Source: Paramecium tetraurelia
Taxonomy: Eukaryota
Direction of reading: 5' to 3'
DNA length: 64,000 nt
NCBI GenBank assembly: GCA_000165425.1
Contig: CT868649.1
Location: forward strand, 1-64,000
Part shown: positions 56,085-64,000 of the stretch, in pieces
Position numbering within the stretch: position 1 is the stretch's first letter
Layout: every line of letters begins with the position of its first letter
Translations under genes and position numbers: made by a program
Notes under the pieces: model-generated
Databases searched by the model: none
What the model was told of the DNA's origin: nothing
What the model saw: only the letters and a program-made list of their open reading frames with translations

Positions 56085-57414
56085 ATGCACAAGGACTTTA
56101 ATTACGCAATCGAAATTATGGAGATAGAGAAAATAAAATTGCATGAACAAATTGATTATCTTTAGTAATAGATATAGCAATTGACGAATGAGTATAGTGA
56201 TAAGATCTTAGAAAAGGATGAAGAATTAGTTACAGCCTTTCTTAAAATGCAACAAGCAGAAAAACTGAATAACGAATTAATTTCAAAATTACAGTCAACC
56301 AAAAAAAATGAAGAATAGCTAAATAATGCAAATTATAATTTCATCACCCTACAAAGGAAATTGGATCATCAAATTTAGGAAAATTAAAAACTAGAATAAA
56401 AGGTCAAATTGCTATCGGAATAGAGCATGCAATTCCAATAAAAATGGCAACGAGTATCTATTCAATTAAAGCAATAAACAACTCAAAAAGTAAGTGCTAG
56501 AACTATAGAATAATAATTAAGTCTCAAACAAGATGAGTGCTAGTAACTTAAAGAGAAACTAGTTCAATATCAACTAGAATTAACGATTGTCAAACAGAGT
56601 GATTAAGAGTACAAACAATCGATTCATTAAAAAATGTAGGTACTTTATTAGGAATTGAGGGAAGCCTAATAGAAATTACAACAAAATCAATATATTTCTT
56701 AACAACACAAACAAGAATGTTAGTAATGCGAATACTTTAGAAATGAAACTGAATAATTGAAGTAAATCATCAATCAAGATCAAATCTCACAAGAATAAAA
56801 TAGAATCAACAGTCAGATTGTATTATATTTTACATTATCAATAGAATCAACAATAGCATTAGCAAATGAAAGAATACCAAAACAAAATTATGGAGTTGGA
56901 GTATGAAAATTAAAACTTAAAGCAGTAGATCTAACTTCCTGAATCTATTAGCAATCTCAAAAGCAACGATTGTCTCAACATCAAATCCATCATCAATCAT
57001 CCTCTATACATTAAGATGACTAAATTGGTTGAGTAATTGACTAATCAGACTTAACAAGAACTGTTTAGGAAATCATTGAATGAGCTAGGATTAGAAATTG
57101 AAAAACGAGAAAACAAAGAACAATAACTATAGGAGTGTAGAACCATGTATGATAGATTGCTGATCAAATACTATGCATTACAAAAGAGTATCAATAAGAT
57201 TGAAGAGAATAGCAATGCTAATTACTATGCAACTTAATAAATTACTTCATCGAAATAATAGACTCTTCAGAAGAAGACGAATTAGTTGGATTCCTTTTTA
57301 TAAGAATAGGAGACAACTAAATAAATGAAATAATCAATATTTTCCAATACCCCAAAACAGAGAGTAAATAACAAACTAAATTTAAGTTTAGATAGTTGTT
57401 AATTTAAAAAATGA
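56085..57414 (+). CDS. Coiled-coil hypothetical protein
   Basis: Q/E/K heptad-rich frame with one intron at ~56820. Confidence 0.75.
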
Positions 57415-57486
57415 TTCTTATTTATAAATAATATTCATATTGCTTGTTTTTTCCAAAATTTAACGAATAATTATTTAATATTTAAT

Positions 57487-58039
57487 ATGCAATATTGTTA
57501 GATTCACAATCCTCAATTCTAATAAACCTAATATCAATCAACATCATAACAGCAATAACTGTTACCTTAGCATGTCATACTCATAAATAAATATAAAAAC
57601 AAAAAAAAAGCATACAAAGGTATTATTATATTTGATTGTAGAGTCTCTAAATGATCTAAGGAATTAGATGAAAGGAATTTTTGATAAGCAATTGCACTAA
57701 GAGTAGGAATTAACTCAACTAAAAACTTAATATCATTTGGAAAAAGAGTAATGGTAATAAGAAAAGAAGATCTTGAATTCGATGTTACCATAAAAGGACT
57801 TGAATTTCAACGGATTATAGAAGGAGAAGAAGTCTTACAAGGAAAAGAAATAAAAACTCAAACATGAATTGGATCAATATAAATAACACTGTGAAATTTA
57901 AGATGGAAAATTACAGTAAATTTTACTTGAAAACTCAAAATTAAAAGCAATTTTAAATGGGAGAGACCAAGAATGTCTGGCTCTGTAAGAAGAAGTCGAA
58001 TACTACTAAAAGAGATTAATTTAATTGTAAAGATAGTGA
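57487..58039 (+). CDS. Coiled-coil hypothetical protein (176 aa)
   Basis: Open frame with one 22-nt intron. Confidence 0.7.
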
Positions 58040-58067
58040 TGATAAGAATATCTAATTATGTATAACA

Positions 58068-61000
58068 TCATTTTTGTTGTTTATTTTAAAAAAATCGTTA
58101 CAATTTTTCTTCAATATCCTTATCCAACATTAAATTGTTTTTTATTTGAGTAATTTCCACTGCTTACACTTGTGCTTATGTTTATTACTGATGATCATCC
58201 TCTATTTCTGTCTCCAATCTTATATCATCTATAAATTAGACATTATCAGTGAATATAATCATGTCATCTTATTGTTCCCTTCTGATCCAAGGAGCTTCAG
58301 GTTTATTTTCAACAGACAAAGGCTAAACATAGGAGAATAATGGATTACCCCAATATTTTAAATTAACTATTTATCAAATACGATTGATAATGATGGAGGT
58401 GATAACTTTGGCAAGCTAAAAGATAGTCTAATTTTCAATCCGTCTATAAATATAATAGGCACTTAGAAACAAATAATATTTTCTTTAGGTTCATCGTACA
58501 AACAAATCACTCTCTGATAGTCAATAGGATGTTAATCCTTCATTAAGATCTATTCGATGTGCATCAACAGAATTTATAATCCCTCCTATTTAGCTTCATT
58601 AATGTTCTCAATCAATTGTTTACAAATCTCTTTAGCTTTTTTAAATTATTTTAAAATAACTAAGCAAATTAGTTCATTAAATTTGATCTCTAAGATCTCC
58701 AATAAATCAGCATCTTCCTCATCTTCAGTTACTTCAAACTATTCCTCATCAGTAAATAAATCTGTTTAGCTTCCTCTTTGTCTCAGTCGTTTTTCAGTAA
58801 TTTAAAGTTCCTTTTGACTTTTGGCCATTTAGAAATCCTTTAATGCTTCTTCGTATTTCTCCAAATGAAAATGAAAAGCCCCTCGAAAAATATAAACGTG
58901 GAACTATTAAAATAACCTTCCCTTTCCTCTGGTTAATTAGGTTAAATTGTTCACAGCTTTATTTAAATTAGTTTTAAATTCCATTTATTCACTTTCACTT
59001 TCTTCATTGAAATAAATTTGTTGATCATCTTTAAAGACCAATCTCAAAGCTGATAAAATATCTTTATCGAATTCAGCAGTTTGATCTTTAGTCAATTTAT
59101 AGAGTCTACTGACATCTTCTTAGCATAGGCCTAAGTCACTTAAAATCAAATAGCATTCTGATCTCAATTGTAATAATTTTGGGTTATTTTTGAAATCTTT
59201 ATTATTAGAGTATGCTTTAATTGCATCTTCAATGGCAGCATTTGCAAATAAGAAATTGCCAGCCCACACATGCATTCTTGGATCATCTTATAATATATGA
59301 ATACATTATTGTAAATCCTAGAATGCAGAGTTCGAATCTCCACTTAAAAAATGACATTTCGCTCTATTTAAATATGCATCAGCAAAATTTTCATCCAATG
59401 TTAAACAGATACTAAAATCATTTAGAGAATGTTAATATTCTTTTAGAATTCCATACACCATTCCTCTAAAATAAAAATACTTAGCCACATTGTCTTCTGA
59501 TTTTTGAATAGCACTTTCAATATCCACCAAGGCCTCGTTGGCTTGTCCTAAAAAGCATTTTACTATAGATCTAACATAATATAAGTTGGCATTTTAGTCA
59601 TTCAAACTCTATGCCTTATCTAACAACTCCAATCCCTTTCTAATATCCTTATATTAATCACTTTTTTTTTTAAAGGCTTAATTTATTAATGTTACTCCTT
59701 AATAGAAGGTAGGTTCCATTTTTTTTTAGAATATCTTTTACGCCCTTTAAAAGAATTCCATGCCAGCATTAAATTACCCAGCTTAAATCTTTAAGATTCC
59801 TTCACATAGGAATTTATTATAATGAATACTAGGTTCAGCAGGTTAAATGTCTAATAAATACTTATAATCCTCCAAAGCCTTTTGATGTTTGGACAAACAA
59901 AAATGGCCATAAGCTCTATAAGCATAAAACAACGGTTTCAGAAAATCATTTAATTGATGATGATTCTAAATTTCTTGGAAGTTGTTTAAACTCTCTTAAA
60001 ACTTGCGTTTCATCAAATGTATGACAGCCTATGATCAATGTATGTAATACCTCAGTGAATAGTCTAAACTTCTCCAAATAGCTTTTTTCGGTATCTAACA
60101 GGGCTGATCTATTTAAAGTATGGAAGGCTGCATAAAAATCTCTTTATTCAATCTTCATCTTGGCAATTTCATAGAGTGATTTAGTGACAGCTTTTTTAGA
60201 GTTGTTATGCTTGATAGCTTACTCGAAACATAAGAGGGCTTCAGTAGGATTCTCTAGAATGTATAGTTTAAGTACTTGTTTTTAATTTACATAATCCTTT
60301 AAAATAATAAGCCTCAGAGTTGATAGGATCAGTTTCTATAAGTTTACTCAAATCTTTAGCACATTCATCATATTATTAACTCTCATACAGAGTAATGGCT
60401 TTCTTTAGTAATGCAGCATTCCCAACTGCTTACTCACAATTTATGGCTTTCTAATAATAGGATATGGCTTCCTTATATTAATTTTAGATCCTCAAACAAT
60501 CAGCCTTACCCAAATACCCTAATCCTTTTTGAGGACTTAGTTATATTGCCATATTAAAATCTGATTCGGCTTTCTCAATTTAATTGAGTTTTGTGAAGAG
60601 CTTACCTCTGTAAATGAAGGCATCATAATATCTCGAGAATAACTAAATGACTTTATTTAGAATTGAGATTGCTGAATCCAATTCATTAATCTTCTTATGA
60701 GATATTGCCAATAGCAAATAGATGTTCTTTCTATGTGTGGCATCCTGTTAAACTACATATTAGAATTCTGCTATTGCTTTCTAATAGAGTTGCTTTCCGA
60801 GATAACCAATGCCCAGAAAGTAATGTCCTTCCAATATTCTGAAATCAGTTTCGATACATTTTTTTAATTGTCTAAAATTATTCAATTTGATACTCGATAG
60901 CGTCTTCAATTTGCTTTTCTCTTAATAATTATTTTCCCTTCTCTAAGAATTTGATAGCTCTGGGATTATAATCATCCAAAGGCTTGGTGGTATCACTCTA

Positions 61001-61530
61001 AAATCCGCTATGATCCTAATAACCTTTAATGAGATTGTTCTCAAAACTCAAATCCACTGTTTGCTATCCATCCATGCTGTTATTAATGTTTGATTGTTTC
61101 TTCTATCCTGTTAAAGAGAGTTTCTGCTGATTGGGAAGGTACCAATTCTGTATTTAATTATTGATTGGCTTTTGTCTAGTCTACTTCTTCCTATCATGAT
61201 AATAAACTTCTACGTGACTTTGCAAAAACTATCATTAGGCTTTGCATTATTGAACAATATATTAAACAGTAAATTTTGAGCCTTCTTTTCTTGACTAAAA
61301 TTGGAGTTCTGTCTCTTTTTATGATGTTACTCCAGACTTTCCCCACTTGAAATATTAAAGGAAGTTTATCTGGATGGATAAGGTTACGATGATTTTTTAT
61401 AATGAGGAGTTGGATTTTCTGACACAAAGTGTTCGCCATGTGACTTTGTAGGAGAAAAAGGTTATTTTGGAAAGAATGATCCCATTTGGTTCTTAACTGA
61501 TTGTGGAGGCTTGTTTGGCCTATATTACAT
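58068..61530 (-). CDS. Large tetratricopeptide repeat protein
   Basis: Many TPR units, e.g. YDAFIYRGKLFTKLNQIEKAESDFNMAIQLSP, ADAYLNRAKCHF; several introns. Confidence 0.88.
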
Positions 61531-61596
61531 AAATTTTGAATTTTTAATATATTCCCTTAAGCATTTTATTAATTTATTAACTGATAATGATATTTA

Positions 61597-62105
61597 GTGG
61601 ATCACTCAGAACTACAACTCCAGAATAAAAGTCTTAAATACGCACCAAAAAACATTTTGAAGTCAAGCACGATTTAGAAGACCAACTATTATCACTCAAA
61701 ATATTTAAACAATTAGAACATCATTTAAAGCATTAAAACCAAAAAGCACATTTCCCCTATTTCCAAAGTTGAAAATGTCAATAATAGCAGGTTGAGAAGA
61801 TCAACATCTCCCTTATAAAATAGTTAATTAGATAGGAATTTGGTACCCAAAATTGATAATGCTCCTAAAACACCCTAAAAATCAAGACTTTATGCTAATT
61901 TATTTAATAATCAGTGTTCGTTTGAAAACATTTGTTTACAATAATGTCTCAATTGTAAATCCAACAACAAAGAGAATTTGCGTATATAAGAATCACCAAT
62001 CAAGATGACCCAATCTTTGTTTCAGCAATCAAGAACACTTAAACTCTGTTTAACATAGTAAAGGGAACTACTTTAAAAAATGAAGAGAACTACTATATAT
62101 AATGA
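61597..62105 (+). pseudogene. Coding-like frame lacking an in-frame ATG
   Basis: GTG-DHSELQLQNKSLKYAPKNILKSS... S/P-rich frame; nearest ATG (61587) is out of frame; no clean stop. Confidence 0.35.
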
Positions 62106-62480
62106 TAGATACATATATATATATACTTTTCACAATTGTTCATAGTTGTTTTTAGATTTAATAAAATTTTATTTACATATAATTATTGACACAATTATTA
62201 AAATAAATATAGTTATAAATAAGATCTTCTCTCAGATTTTCTTTAGAATAATTATAAAAAAATAAAATTGATAATAAAATTGATCACATGTTTAACAATC
62301 AATTAACATTTGATTCACTTAGATTTTTTATCAATTTATTAAAATATTCTTAATTACATGATGACTTGACGTTCCACAGATTTGTTATTTTATGCTATAG
62401 ATAATCTATTAACACTTGGTTGATTTCTTGTTGAATTTAATTAAATTTTATAAAATCTGCATTTTTTTGTAAGATTGCAG

Positions 62481-63295
62481 TCATCCTGCGGACTTTTTGA
62501 AACTCTGTTAAGTGCTGTTACAGTAAGGCTCAAAAGTAGATGTCAATGTTTCATCTTCACTTAATAATTCGGGATCAAATGTTTTATTCTTTAAAGATTA
62601 GGAATCAGATTGAAAGGTTTCATTCTTTGGAGAAAATAAAGTGAATGTGGCTCTAGTTTTATTGATTTCAGATTCAAGATTTTGTATTTTGGATTTTAAC
62701 TCAGTAATGGATTCTGACTCTTTTTTGTGGCATAGTTTATTGAATTATTTTTTATACTCGTTTTCGAGTGACAAATTTTCTATAATCTATTGTTATTGAA
62801 TGTTGATAGTCTGCAACTGTTGGATAGTCTAGGCATTGATTTATAGTTAGAAATTCTTCTCCTGGATTTCGTTGGTCAAATGGTTGGTCTGTTTATTCAA
62901 AAGTGCAATTTAATTTATTTAAGATTCGATTTCCTTTCTTTAATGGTCGACTTACAATTGTAATTGGGAAATTTAGTGAAGTAGATTCTTTTATTAAGTA
63001 TTCTTATTAATCTTCTCTTTATTCAAGATTTCTTGCGGATCAAATTTATTGAAAGCATTCAGGTATAAATTTGCCCTCGGTTAGACTGCAGTTTATTCTT
63101 GGGGTTGGGTCTTTTTCAAGATTTTCATGACTTAATCCTTTCTTATGGAACTCTCTTATTTGGTCTATCTCGCTGATTGTTAAGATAGCGAAGAAACTGT
63201 AATATCTGGCACTGGAATGCAATCTATAGCTTTGATCAAATCGCGATTCGACTATTGAGAGTATAAGCGATTGTTACTGTTATATATTCATCCAT
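62481..63295 (-). CDS. Coiled-coil hypothetical protein (may extend to ~62299 via another intron)
   Basis: MDEYIT|SNRDLIKAIDCIPVPDI... after a 26-nt intron. Confidence 0.65.
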
Positions 63296-63318
63296 TGTTA
63301 AATTATTTTAAATTTAAT

Positions 63319-64000
63319 ATGCTTAACGAAAAAGTCATAGGAGAATATGTTTATTTAGTATCCGATGAATGCAAAGTCGGAGTCGGTTAATTCAGCCACG
63401 TCTACAAAGGATATCACGAGAAGACCAAGAAGCAAGTGGCAATCAAGCAGATTGACAAAAAACAAATCAAAGGTATTTTTGAATAGATGCTCCGAAACGA
63501 AATCAATATACTAAAGCAACTGAATCATCAATACATCCTGAAGATGTATGCTTATTATGAAACATCCAACAATTTTTATATCATCACAGAATTTTGTGAG
63601 ACAGGTAAACAACTAATCAATAATCCATAGACGTTCTTTAAATCTTAAAAAACCAAGGTTCTTTGCCTGAAGAAAAAGTAATTGCTTATGTTTTGCAGAT
63701 TAGTGAAGCATTGAAGTACTTAAATTCAAAAAGTAAACTTTCATTTCTTAATTATAGAAATCATTCACAGAGATATCAAGCCATCCAACATCCTAATCCA
63801 TGAAGGGGAAGTGAGACTGGCTGATTTTGGTTTTGCAGTTCATCAAGACAAAGTCGGAATTGAGGACAGACAATTTTAGATTGGATCTCCCTTGTATATG
63901 TCCCCAGAAACCTTATTAAAAAATTAATACAACCACAAAACGGACTTATGGTCTTTGGGTGTCCTCTATTTCGAAATGATTTTTGGTATCTCCTATCCTT
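63319..64000 (+). CDS. Ser/Thr protein kinase (truncated by window end)
   Basis: GVGQFSHVYKG, VAIK, HRDIKPSN, DFG, IGSPLYMSPE. Confidence 0.92.

Overview
Left end of a ciliate macronuclear chromosome, almost certainly Paramecium (tetraurelia-like). Evidence: mixed C4A2/C3A3 telomeric repeats at 1-100, very AT-rich gene-dense DNA, TAA/TAG read as Gln with TGA the only stop, and 21-30 nt GT-AG introns. The supplied standard-code ORF track therefore only shows fragments. Manual re-translation gives about 37 protein genes behind a ~3.4 kb gene-poor subtelomere. Recognisable genes include an Ala-terminated alpha-tubulin, a PSTAIRE CDK, Dpy-30, OST48, Vti1, RuvBL1, Ubc13, ENY2, nicotinamidase, PP2A-A, RPL10, RPS18 and three kinases. 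The most notable items are a full-length PMCA-like P-type ATPase that has lost its catalytic motifs (DKTGT becomes SKSQI), a bacterial-type MBL/rhodanese fusion with a mitochondrial-like presequence, a pseudokinase, a mini HP1-like chromo/chromoshadow protein, a doubly frameshifted RSL1D1 gene and a mosaic subtelomere. I found no clearly new multi-gene system, tRNA, rRNA, CRISPR array or transposon. All gene models were spliced by eye and no database searches were run.
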